From the NCBI RefSeq assembly GCF_004010195.1, contig NC_057711.1:71462511-71526510 (forward strand): 64,000 nt of DNA, written 5' to 3'. The stretch is from Chiloscyllium plagiosum (lineage: Eukaryota). This document shows, piece by piece, positions 36,850 through 48,449 of this stretch. A model generated the notes under the pieces. The model saw only the letters and a list, made by a program, of their open reading frames with translations, ran no database searches and was not told the origin of the DNA. Positions within the stretch are counted from its first letter, which is position 1. Every line of letters starts with the position of its first letter. The translations under genes and the position numbers were made by a program.

Positions 36850-37189
36850 GGGCAGCACAGTGGCTCAATGGTTAGCACTGTTCCCGCACAATGCTAGGGA
36901 TATGGGTTTGATTCCAGACTCAGGTGACTGTGTGGAGTTTGCACATTCTCCCTGTACCTGTAAGAGTTTGCTTTGGTTTTCTCCCACAATCCAAAAATGT
37001 GCAGATTAGGTTGATTGGCCAAGCTAAATTGCCCATTGTATTCAGGGATGCGTAAGGTTAAATGCATTAGTCAGGGTAAATCTAGAGGTAATAGGGTAGG
37101 GGAATGGGTCTGGGTGGGTTACTCTTCGGAGGGCCGGTGTGGACTTGTTGGGTCGAAGGGCCTGTTCCCACACTGTAGGGATTGTATGA
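36850..37189 (+). mobile_element. HE1/V-SINE, full length
   Basis: GGGCAGCACAGTGGCTCAATGGTTAGC..GGGTTTGATTCC, V-domain and tail. Confidence 0.94.
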
Positions 37190-37758
37190 CCAAACATTTC
37201 CTCTTAACTTATGCTTTGTTGCTTTATTTATCCATTCTCTTTTGTCTTTCATTATCATTATTTTCATCATTAAATAATTTCCTGCTCTCTGATAAGGATG
37301 AAGGGTTAGTGAGAAGTCAAAAGGAGTTATGAGTGTGAGGACATATCATCTTGAATGCTTCCAGTACTGCTGCTGAGTACAGCCTCATTGTTAGATGTTC
37401 TAATAATAGCCAACGCTGTCTCCTCCATGGGGACAAAATACGTAGACATGTATACCCTCCTCTGATTAATTGTTGTTGGCTTCAGTTGTGCACCATCCTG
37501 TTCTCAAAAGAAAGCAACATATATCAGAGTAACTGCATTGCAACAATTTTGAGTGATGTGGTTGAAAAACTGACAATATATGTAAACTATGGGATTTGGA
37601 AATGAGACTTGAAGCAGTGGGGATGTGGTGTAACAACAATTGTCAGCTGGATGTCCCAATTGATAGATATTTTCTAATCAACCTGTTCAGAGATATTATT
37701 ACACATCTCTCAGGCAGGTGGGACTTGAGTCCAAGTATCTTGGCCCATGGGTAGGGGC

Positions 37759-37889
37759 CCTCTTTCCTGAAGAAGGGCTCATGCCCGAAACGTCGATTCT
37801 CCTGCTCCTTGGATGCTGCCTGACCTGCTGCGCTTTTCCAGCAACACATTTTCAGCTCTGATCTCCAGCATCTGCAGTCCTCACTTTCT
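37759..37889 (+). mobile_element. PLE family-1 mini-element, 14-bp TSD
   Basis: TSD CCATGGGTAGGGGC at 37745-37758 and 37890-37903. Confidence 0.9.
37767..37794 (+). ncRNA. Minimal type I hammerhead ribozyme motif (core intact)
   Basis: CUGAAGA-A-GGGC(UCAU)GCCC-GAAA-CG-UC, with predicted cleavage after C37794. Confidence 0.72.
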
Positions 37890-38439
37890 CCATGGGTAGG
37901 GGCACTACCACAGCGCCACAAGAATCCTTCACTCTGTTTGATAGAAGTTTCTAATTAACCTGTTCAGATGTATTATTGTCACACCTCTGGAGGAGATTGG
38001 ATTTGAACTCAGGCCTCCTGGCTCGGGACACTGCCTCTTCACCATGAGGGCCCTTTACTCCCTGATTGATTGTGTTTGTGGTAGATATGTGGCAGCTGTA
38101 GGAAATTAAACAATGATGTTAAAATAACGTTTGAAGATGTCATTAACTCTGACTATATAAATTCTTTGAACTTCTTGCAGCACAGTAATTGTTTACACAA
38201 CTTGTTTTCAAGACATTGGTCAGCTCATCACTAACTGCTTCGGTCAGACATCCAAACCAGATTTCTGATGTTGAATTTGGAAGTGGAACTATACTGATTT
38301 CCAATTTGCAGTCCAACCGAGAAAAATTAAGTTGGCAGGCACAATTTCATTTGAATCATCTAATCGATTTAAACTTTAAATCTTTAAATCATAACTTGCA
38401 CAAATTGGATTGCTTGTGGATGGGAGTGTAAGTAATTTA

Positions 38440-38778
38440 GACGGTGTATCAGTCATGCAATTAGTAAAGTTTCATCTCTAAGTCAGAGAAGTTCAGGTAA
38501 GACATTAAACCAAATCCCTACCTTCCAGAGCAGTATATGCACAAGAACGGTAAAGTTATCCCCAGCGTCCTGACCAAAACTGATCTTAGTCATCATCACA
38601 AAGAACCAGATTATCTTGTCATTATGACATTGAAATTTATGAGCATTTCATGCGAACATTCACTGCTATTTTGCACCAGTAACTACACTTCAAAGAACTT
38701 CATTGATTGAGAACTGATTTATAATTTGGAATATCCTGTGAACATAAAAAAAATGTACAGATACAATTTCTTTTCTGC
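38440..38778 (+). mobile_element. DeuSINE (SacSINE1-like), decayed
   Basis: GTTATCCCCAGCGTCCTGACCAA..CAGATTATCTTGTCATTATGACATTG..CAGTAACTACACTTCAAAGAACTTCATTG resembles the Deu domain and 3' tail as I recall them. Confidence 0.65.
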
Positions 38779-38897
38779 AACAATACATTCTAAATTGAGT
38801 CAGGTCACAAGTATAATCAAAACACAACAAATCTGGGATTCTTATAATCTGCCAATAAGTGCAAGATGCAAAGCTTCAACAGCATGCGTTTTATTTT

Positions 38898-38995
38898 AGT
38901 AAAACACAGAAAATATTGCAAATGGTCAGCAGATCCAGCAGCATCTATGGAGACAAAAGAAGAGACAACATTTCAGATCAATGAGCTTCCACCAG
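38898..38995 (-). mobile_element. Decayed PLE terminus
   Basis: AAAACACAGAAAATATTG..CAGCAGATCCAGCAGCATCTATGGAGA..AACATTTCAG. Confidence 0.55.
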
Positions 38996-39261
38996 TAAGA
39001 TGATTTTATTTTGTAAATGTATTTCACATTTTTAGCATCTGCTTTAAATAATCACGTTACAACAAGCTGCATTTATAAATGTAAAAGCACTGTGTCCTTG
39101 AATATAAATTAATACCTTACAAATAGATAAAAGAACCACAAGTAGACTCCCTCAAGCCTGTTCCATTATTTAATAACACGCTAACTGATGTAATTTTAAT
39201 CTCAAATTCATTTTCCCACATCCACCATCCCCCCACCACCCCGCATCTAAGAGCCTTTATC

Positions 39262-40520
39262 CATAGTCATAGAGTCATAGAAATGTACAGCATGGAAACA
39301 GACCCTTCGTCTAACTGGTCTATGCTGACCAGATATCCTAACCTAAACTAGTCCCATTTGCCAGCATTTGGACCATATCCCTTTAAACCCTCCCTATTCA
39401 TTTACCCATCCAGATGCCTTTTAAATGTTGAAATTGTGCCAGCCTCAACTACTTCCTCTGGGAGCTCATTCCATACGTGTACCACCCTTTGCGTGAAAAT
39501 GTTGTCCCTTAGGACCCTTCTAAATTTTTCCTCTCTCGCCTAAATCTATGCTCTCTGGTTTTGGACACGCCACCTCCACTCCTCCCACCCCACACATTCC
39601 AGGGAAAAGAACTCATCTATTTACCCTATCCATGCCCCTCATGATTTTATAAACCTCTATAAAGACCCCCCTCAGCTTCCAACTCTCCAGGGAAAACAGC
39701 CCCAGCCTATTCAGCCTCTCCCTATGGCTCAAACCTTCCAACCCTGGCAACATCATTGTAAACCTTTTCTGAACCCCTTCAAGTTTCACAACATCCTTCC
39801 TGTAGGAGAGACACCAGAATTGCACACAATATTCCAAAAGTGGCCTAACCAATGCCCTGTACAGCTGCAACATAACCTCCCAATTCCGATACTCAGTGCT
39901 CTGACCAATAAAGGATAGTGTGGAGTTTGCACATTCTCCCTGTGTTTGTGTGGGTTTCTTCTGGGTACTCCGGTTTCCTCCCACAGTCCAAAAATGTGCG
40001 GGTGAGGTGAATTGGCCATGCTAAATTGCCCATAGTGTGAGGTGCATTAGTCAGGAGTGAATGTAGGGGAATGGATCTAGGTAGGTCACTCTTTGGAGGA
40101 TTGGTGTGGACTTGTTGGGCCAAAGGGCCTATTTCCATACAGTAGGGAATCTAATACCAAACACCTTATTCACTATCCTATCTTCCTGCAACTCCACTTT
40201 CAAGGAGCTATGAACCTGCACTCCAAGGTCTCATTGTTCAGCAACACTCCCCAGGACCTTACCATTAAATGTATAAGTCCTGCCCTGATTTGTTTTTCCA
40301 AAATGTAGCCCTTCACATTTTTCTAAATTAAACTCCATCTCCCACTTTTTGACTCAATGGCCCATCTGATCAAGATTCCATTGTTCTCTGAGGTAACCTT
40401 CTTCACTGTCCACTACACCTCCAATTTTGGTGCCATTTGCCAACTTACTAAGTTCTATGTTCACATCCAAATCATTTATATAAATGACAAATGTCAGTGG
40501 ACCCCAGCACTGATCCTTGC
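39262..40520 (-). mobile_element. CR1 LINE 3' part interrupted by a V-SINE
   Basis: GPLTFVIYINDL..ANGTKIGGVVDSEEG, then LYRALVRPLLEYCVQFW..GLFSLE and a (CTATGACT)n tail. Confidence 0.95.
39916..40155 (+). mobile_element. HE1/V-SINE, 5'-truncated, nested in CR1
   Basis: V-domain through GGGAATCTAAT tail. Confidence 0.92.
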
Positions 40521-40657
40521 AGCACACCACAAACAGAAATCTATCCACCTCTGCATTAAAAATATTCAAAGATTCTGCTTCTGCTGCCTTTTCAGGAAAA
40601 GTTTCAAAGACTCACAACCTGCTGAGAGACAGAAAAGGTTGTTTCATTTCTATGTCA

Positions 40658-41110
40658 TGAAAACAAGAAATGCTGGAGATCACAATCCATGGAAAAAAGC
40701 AAGCTAATGTTTTGAGTCTAGATGACTCTTCATCAGAGCTGAAGTGAAATGTGGAGTGGGCAACATTTATGCTATAATCCGGGGGTGGGAGAAAGATGTT
40801 AGTAGTTTACATTAAGTGATCAGAATGTGAGAATGGCAGAACAACGGTGTATCTCCTGCAAAACTTGAAAGGACAGTAAGTGGGAAGAGGAGCAGAGGAG
40901 GACATGATAACAAGCTAAAAGAAAGGAAAGAAACATTCATAGGTTGAAGATGTTTAACTCAATATTGAGTCCAGAAGGCTGTAAATTGCCTAGTCTGAAG
41001 ATGAGATGATGTTCCTCCAGTTTGTGCTGTGATTCACTGGAGCACTGCAACATGCTGGGGACAGACATATGGGCATGTGAGCAGGGTGCTGTGTTAAAAT
41101 GACTGACTAA
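40658..41110 (-). mobile_element. PLE family 3, 3' part with decayed hammerhead
   Basis: HFNTAPCSHAHMSV..KLEEHHLIFRLGNLQPSGLNIE (GIY-YIG C-terminus). AGCT-CTGATGA-A-GAGTC(ATCTA)GACTC-AAAA-CA-TT-AGCT at 40702-40740. Confidence 0.88.
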
Positions 41111-41157
41111 TGAACATATGAGATTCACTGGCTAACTAGCTCTAAATGTATGAGACA

Positions 41158-41487
41158 GGGTGTAGCATGGTAGTTCAGTGGTTTGCACTGCTGCCTCACA
41201 GTACTAAAGACTGGGATTTGATTTTGTCCTTGGGTGACTGTGTGGAGTTTGCACATTCTCCTGGTGTATGCATGGGTTTCCTCTGGGTGCTCTGGTTTCC
41301 TCCCACAGTCCAAGGATGTGCAGATTAGGTTCATTGGCTATGCTCAATTGCCCGTGGTATCCAAGGATGCATAGGTTTGGTAGATTAGCCAGGGGAGAAG
41401 TATAACACCAGAGGGCGAGTTGCTCTTTGGAGAGTTGGTGTGGACTCAATGGGCCAAATGGTCTACTTTGACACTGTAGTGATTCTG
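41158..41487 (+). mobile_element. HE1/V-SINE
   Basis: Head, V-domain and tail. Confidence 0.9.
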
Positions 41488-44421
41488 TGTTTAGAGGACT
41501 TATGTCAACTGAAATAAAATCCTTAGGTATGATTGAAGGACAAAATATATTTCCCTAGCCCTGTCAAATATCTTCTTAGCATCATAGACTTTACAGCATG
41601 AGGGGCATTCAATCAACTAACTGGAGCTGTCCACTATAATCTGATTTCCCTCTATAGTTCTTCTTATTTTTTTTGTGTCAAATACTTAGTCACTTGCCTC
41701 TTAAATAATGTAGTAGTCTTAGTTTCAAAAGTCACTTCTTACATTCTAATAACTTTCGCTGAATATTTTTCCCTCTAATTTCTCCTTTCTTTCTCTTTAA
41801 CTTTTGCCATTTTGCTACTCATTCACCAAACAATGACCACTATTACCCACTCAAAGTTTGAAAATATCAAACAGTTCATCATAATTCAACCAATGGAGAG
41901 CCATATCTGGCATGAAATATGAAAAAATTACTCCATATCACGTTTCATGGAAACATCAGCAGGCACAAGTCAAAGTTATGTCAAGTACATCAGCATCAAA
42001 TTAATGTTAAATTTTATCCATGCTGAAAGAGCATGCTTGTAGGGAAGGACAAGGGCTCACAGTCATAATTCACATTCCTTATCAGATCACAGCTGCTGGC
42101 TACAGAAAGTGTTGTTTAGTCTCTGATTATGTTCCTATTCTATTCTCGACGGTGCAATATTGAGAAAAAGTTCTTATGAAATCTTATCCGTGCATGGTAT
42201 TATAAAACAGGAAATGAATTTGGGGGTTGGGGGGATGCTGGGAAGCTAAGCAAAGCTCTCAGCCAATTACTAATGTGTACTTCACAAGCCTCTACTATTG
42301 CAGAACAAGGATGTTCTGTGGTGTATGAAGTTCCCCCTCCTCCCCTCCCCCCATTCTTCTAGTTCTACTGCTTTGACTAACATGCGAGCTAGACAGTTGG
42401 CTCAGCCTCAAAGGAGAATGGGGTAAGCATTATATAAATCACTAAGGCATTTCACAGCCAAGATAAACTCGAGCTACAGATATAGGCTCAGTTAGTGCAA
42501 TGAGCACATTCGCCTTTCAGATCACGATCTGCAAGAAAAACAAACATTCTTGAAAAAATACACAAAAGAGAAACAAATTACTGACAAACATTTATTCTTA
42601 GCTTTACAACAGTTTCATTTTCCTCCACTAACAACCGAACTAGTTCTAAATTTATCTGACTTGCAAAAGAGAAAGAGTGGGTTTATGTGGAGCTGTTAAA
42701 AGAGCCTTTGAAGATGATGGGTTCCAGCTGAGCGTATCAGAGTTCACCGCAACAAACATTGGCAACTTTACTCAAACATTAAATAGCCAGCCTCTGCCAT
42801 AGCGTATTAACTAATGGATCCGTTGATTTCAAGACTAAAGATATAACCTTCCTAAATTTCTTTCCCAAAGGCATAACTGCAACATTTTTAACAATTCACG
42901 AGGAACAAAAATAAAGGCATTTTCCCCTCCCCGAGGAATCCCAAGGGAAAATCTGCTTTAAATGTAGGCTGTCACACACCATTAAGAGCTCCCCTTCCAC
43001 TTCCCCCATCGTGCTCAGCACAAGATGACGATAATAGACTATGGTTTCCTAGATCAGGAGGCTGTTTCATCTGCTCATATCCGATGCCTGGTGTTCATTG
43101 CTGCTTGAGTTCATATTTGAATCAGAGTCTATAAATATACGAAGTGTTACCAGTTTGACAAGCAGCAAGGGATTTACCAAGCATCCAATCTAGAGTGTTT
43201 TATGGCCTTGGACCTTGGCTAATGGAATGTGGCTTGGGACGCAGGAAGATACCCGGGTGCTCTGGACCCGACTAAGGGGAAATCTACAATTCCAAGTCTC
43301 TGTGACGGGTACAAAATCAAATAAGAGTATGTAGGGAGAGGAGAGAGTTCCAGTATTTCATACTGTGCAATTAATTTGGAACTAAATGCTGTATCTGTTT
43401 GTAGTACAAATCAATCTAGGTGCTTGGCTCTTTGCTGGTGCGGAGGGCATAGGCAGAGGTGATATGACTTGGCTTGCATTGGGGATCTTTTGAGATGTCA
43501 AACAGGCTCACCACGATGCACGTTAACAACCACATGCTCCTCGATGTCACTTTCAATTTATGTTATCTTACAGTGTCAGCTGGTGCGGCTTACTCCCATA
43601 TTAATAACTGAACTTTTTATTGAAGCCAGGAAAAATAAACACTGCTGGTAACACTGCATGACTGCTGGCTCACTTTCCTGAGAGCTGTTCCCCCCACCGT
43701 CTGAAGGGGACTTTTTCCTCTCGCGTTCCAAGAAGGAAACAGGCAATAAGATGTGGATGTGGTCTGGAAGACAGAGCCAAATATCCTGTTTATGTTAGTT
43801 TGGCAGAATAGTTGCCCCATCAATAGAGAGAGGGACAAAACGCTGGCAATAGGCTGTGATGTCCCACCAGATTACTCATTTCCATTTTAAAGCATGTTGC
43901 TAGCCTGTTCTGAAAGCCTTTGTTGCTGTCTCTCGGAACCTTCAAAGCGACCTTCCCCTTCCCCTGAGGGTCATCACCCTTCCCACAGTCTGGATAGTAT
44001 GTAAAAAAAACCCAAATGTTTGATTGATCATAACTAGCAGTGTCATTTCCAATGGTTCATTGCAGCTTATCTAATTGCCCCATTTTTAGTAACCGTTCTC
44101 TCTGTCTCAGCTATTTTTGTATCTATCATGATTTTTAAAACCCAAATGAAAATCAGACCTCATGAACATCTGTATTTTATTACATTACACACTTAAAGAT
44201 CTGTGTCCTCATTATCATATACTCATTGTGATGGGGATGAGTTGTCAAACTGAGCCAAAGTGGGACTGGAGGAGGATGGGCTGCAATTTTCCGCCTTTTC
44301 GAGCATATCAGTTTTGTGGCATGTTTCTGCAACTGGATCATTTAGGAATAGGTTGGTGAGGGCTGAGAAGAAAAGGATGACCAGAAGCATTAGACAAGTA
44401 GCCAATTAGGCAATTAAAGCA

Positions 44422-44759
44422 TTTTTAAAATTTGCTTATGGGATGAGGACATCTTTGGCTCGGCCAATATTTCTTGATTCCTAATTGCCCAGAGTCAACC
44501 ACATTGCTTTGGGCCTGGAATCACATATAGGCCAGACTGGGTGAGGATGGCAGATTTCCTTCCCTGAAGGACATTAGTGATCAAGGTGAGTCTTTCCTGA
44601 AACTCGATAATGGTCATCATTAGATCTTTATTTCCATAGTTTTTATTGAAGTCAAATTCCACCATCTGCCATGGCAGGATTTGAACCCGAGCCCCAGAAC
44701 ATTAGCTGAATTTCTGGATTAATAGTCCAGCAATAATACCATTAGACCATTGCCTCCCC
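44422..44759 (-). mobile_element. tRNA-derived SINE family B, near full length
   Basis: Head GGGGAGGCAATGGTCTAATGG (A box) ..GGGTTCAAATCC (B box). Tail GGGCAATTAGG..AAATATTGGCC shared with LINE family B. Confidence 0.85.
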
Positions 44760-45124
44760 GATTCTGCAATTCTACAATCGGCATGGAGGCCCTCTGTTCA
44801 TGTTGAAATATAGTCCAGCAGTAAATGTAGGGACCTGCTAGAGGGACATAGGCCAAATAGGACTAGATTTATTTAGCTTATCTGGTCAGCAGGGTCTGTT
44901 TCCATGTTGTGCTTCTCTACGACTCCATGACCTGCCGGCAGACCATAACATTAATAGGTAGCTGGATACGACTGCGAAAGGTAGCCTCCATAGTGATTGC
45001 CTAATAGTTGTACCCTGTTTAATTATCCCTTTTCAAACCATTTCTAGATAAAATCCTTCTTCTAACTTCTTTCAAAAGAGTCGGATTGACTATTTCATTC
45101 CAAGCCTCCACTCTCAGGGAACTC

Positions 45125-45910
45125 TGGCGTGTGGCAGGGAGGTTATGATGGAGCTGTATATGGTGTTAGTTAAGCCACAGTTGGAGTACTCTGTGTCGTT
45201 CTGGTCACCACACAACAGGAGGATGTGATTGCACAAGAGAGGGTGTAGAAGAGGTTCACCAAGATGTTAGCTGGGCTGAAGTGATACAGCTAGGAAGAGT
45301 GACTAGATTTAAAACCTATCCGGTTTATTAATATCCTTTGAGGAAAGGAACTGCCATCCTTACCTGCTCTGGTCGACATGTGACTCCACACCAACAGCAA
45401 TATGGTTAACTCTTAACTGACCTCTGGGCAATTAGGGATGGGCCGTAAATGCTGGCCTGATCAGTGCTACTCATGCCCTGTGAATGAATTTTTTAAAAAG
45501 CTGAGTTTGTTTTTCTTATAGCAGAGGAGACAGAGGGGTGAGTGAGGTGGGAATCTGATTGATGTGTACACAGTTCTAAGGGGCATGGATAGAGAGAAAC
45601 CTTTCCCCTTTTTGAGTTATCGATACAGAGGGCACAGTTTTAATGTAAGGAGCAGTAGAGAACATTTGAGGAATATTTTGCACCCAGAGTTTGGTGGGAG
45701 TGTGGAACCCGATGTCTAAAAGAATGGAAGAGGCAGGAACCCTTAAGGTATTGAAGAACTATTTAGATGAGCCCTTGCAATGCCATTGCATATAAGGCTA
45801 CAAGCCAAGTGCTGGAAAATGGGATGAGAACAGTTAGATGTTTGTTGACTGGTGTGGACAAGATAGGGCCGAAGGGCCTGTTTCTGTACTATAAAAACTC
45901 TATGACTCTC
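45125..45910 (+). mobile_element. CR1 3' part with nested SINE family B tail (about 45310-45500)
   Basis: LYMVLVKPQLEYSVSFWSP..., ending GGGCCGAAGGGCCTGTTTCTGTACTATAAAAACTCTATGACTCT. Confidence 0.85.
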
Positions 45911-46104
45911 ACAAATCTGTTGCTGTGGTCTCTGAGCAACCTTGTTTCCGGTGACTCCTGAGTGTCTGCATATGCAGTCAGCAGAGCATTGCTGTGTCTG
46001 TCGTCCCTCCTCTAAGCAGGGCTATCCAGTTTTGCCTCTACGTTTGACATGTTCACTTGCAAATTTGTGCCATGCTAATCACCCAGTAGGCAAGAGAATC
46101 CACT

Positions 46105-46925
46105 GATGTTTCTTCATTCATTTGCGAGCCATGCGTATCGCTGCCTTATCTGCCCATCCTTAGTTGCTCATGAGAGGATGGTGGTGAGTTGCTTTCTTGA
46201 ACTACTTCTGTCCAGAAGGTACAGGTACCACTGGAGGGTGTTCCAGGAATTTGTCCCGATGACACTGAAGAAATGGCAATATATTTCCAATGGTCAGGAT
46301 GGTGAGTGGTTAGTAGGATAACATTTATGCATTGGTGTTGCCATGTACCTGCTGCTCTTATCCTGCCAGGTGGAAGGGGTTATGTGTTTAGAAGATGCTG
46401 TCTAGTCTGGGTGAACTTCTGCAGTGCAGCACATGGATGGTACACACTGCTGCCACTGAGGATGGGTGGAGGTGGGAGTGGATATTTGTGGATGTGAGAC
46501 TAATCAGTTGGGCTACTTTATCCTGGGTGGTGTCAAACCTTTTGAACGATGTTGGTGCTGCATTCATCAGGCAAGTGGGGAATATTATATAACACTGCTG
46601 AGTTCAACCTTTTAGATGGTGGACTGGCTTGGGGAGTCAGGAGATGAGTTCCTAGCTGCAGGTTTTCTAACTCTTGTAGTTTTTTTGTTAATGATAACTC
46701 CGAGGATGTCAATAGTGTCTGTAGAAATCAGTGAGGTGAATGATATTGAACGTAAGGTCCGGGGGAAATGATTGTTTTTTCTCTTGTTGGAAATGGTCTT
46801 TGCCTGGCATTTATGTGGCACGAATGTTCTTTGCCATTTTTCAGCCCAAACCTGGATATTGTCCAGGTCTTGCTGCATTTGGACATAGACTGCTTCAGTA
46901 TCTGAGAAGTTCTGAATGACTGAGT
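46105..46925 (-). mobile_element. CR1/L2-group LINE (family B), 3' part
   Basis: ORF 46612-46950 MQQDLDNIQVWAEKWQRTFVPHKCQAKTIS (RT C-terminal region). Confidence 0.85.
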
Positions 46926-47171
46926 GTCTTATTGCAGCTGTATATGACATTGGTTAGGCCATTATTGGAATTCTGCATGCAATTCTGGTCTCCCGGCTGT
47001 AGAAATTATGTTATGAAACTTGAAAAGTTTCAGAAAAGATTCACAAGGATGTTGTAAGGGTTGGAGGGTTTGGGCTATAGGAAGAGGCTGAATAGACTCA
47101 GGCTATTTTCCCTGGAGCATGGGAGGCTGAGGGGTGACTTTATAGAGCTTTATAAAATCATGCGGGGCATG

Positions 47172-47392
47172 AAGTTAAAAATCACACAACCTCAGGTTAT
47201 AATCCAACAGGTTTATTTGGAAGCACTAGCTTTCGGAGTGCTGCTCCTTCATCAGGTAGTTGCGGAGTTAACAACCACCTGATGAAGGAGCAGTGCTCCG
47301 AAACCTAGTGCTTCCAAATAAACCTGTTGGACTATAACCTGGTGTTGTGTGATTTTTAACTTTGTCCACCCCAGTCCAACACTGGCACCTCC
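47172..47392. mobile_element. PLE family-2 fold-back mini-element, 17-bp TSD
   Basis: Arms about 47172-47262 and 47272-47362 are inverted with a 9-nt spacer. TSD AAATCATG(C/A)GGGGCATG at 47155-47171 and 47393-47409. Confidence 0.92.
47224..47258 (-). ncRNA. Minimal type I hammerhead ribozyme motif, family 2
   Basis: UAC-CUGAUGA-A-GGAG(CAGCA)CUCC-GAAA-GC-UA-GUG. The mirror copy on plus at 47276-47310 has a CAC/GUG stem I. Confidence 0.75.
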
Positions 47393-48449
47393 AAATCATG
47401 AGGGGCATGGATAGGGTAAATAGACAAGGTCTTTTCCCAGGGTAAGGGAGTCTAAAATGAGAGGGCACAGATATTAGGTGAGAGGGGAAAGATTTTAGAA
47501 GGGACCTGAGAGGCAACGTTTTCACACAGAAGGTGTTTCATGAACTGCAAGAGGAAAGGGTGGAGGCTGGTGCAATCACAATATTTAAAAGGCAAATGGG
47601 ATTAGTTTTTATGGATATCTGGTTGGCATGGACAAGTTGGACCGAAGGCCTATTTCTATGCTGTTCATCTCTATGACGCTATCTGTGCTGGTGGAGGTTG
47701 AGCCTGTGAAGTGTGTATGGCCGTAATCCAAGTAAAGTTTCACAATATGTTCCATTTTCAGACAGTATGCTCCAAATTGTTAAGCTGGGTTGGGGGGGAG
47801 GAGGTGGGGTTGCTGAATTGGCTCCCATTCTTTTTTCATTTACTTGTTTACTTGGTTGCAATTGGGTTAATTTTATAATGATTCACTTTACTTGTGGATA
47901 CCTGTCTCCCAGACTCAAAAGAACTTACATTTTAAAAAGGTACCAATTTAACCAGGCTTTTTTTAAAATTAACAAAATTGAATGTGTTTATTAATTGCTA
48001 CATGCAAGAAGAAACATTTAACACACATACACACAGATTAGAAATAAGGCAAGTCCAAAATGAAATTTGTAAAACATTGTTTCTGGAGAGCACAAAAAGC
48101 AATATTTCTGCCTTAACAGGGTCGCACCAGTAGCATTGAATTTGGCAGTTGAACATTTGGTTTTTGAAATTCTTGGCTGTGTTCCCTGATTAAAGTTCCT
48201 TTGCTCTGATTTTGTTTTAAACTGAATAACAGTATGTGGAGTAATGGAATCTTTCTTTCCTTGCCTTTGGTGCAGGGATGCTTACTCGCTGTTTTCATGT
48301 TGTGGCTTGCACAGCACATTCCACAGCAACCTAATAAATGACAAACACACACACTAGTTTTGGAGCTCTCTATTAATTCTCTTTTTGTATATTCCTGGAA
48401 GGGCAAACCAGAAAAAAAGTCTGCAAGAGGTGGCTCCATGCCAAAAAGA

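Larger units (their letters stand above)
37660..38053 (-). mobile_element. Head-to-tail dimer of short SINE family D; first unit carries a PLE mini-element
   Basis: TTGATAGA..TTCTAAT(C/T)AACCTGTTCAGA..ACAC..TCT..GGA(C/T)TTGA occurs at about 37660 and about 37938. Confidence 0.7.
46930..47678 (+). mobile_element. CR1 3' part interrupted by a PLE fold-back
   Basis: RLNRLRLFSLEHGRLRGDFIELYKIMRGM, which resumes after 47392. Confidence 0.92.
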
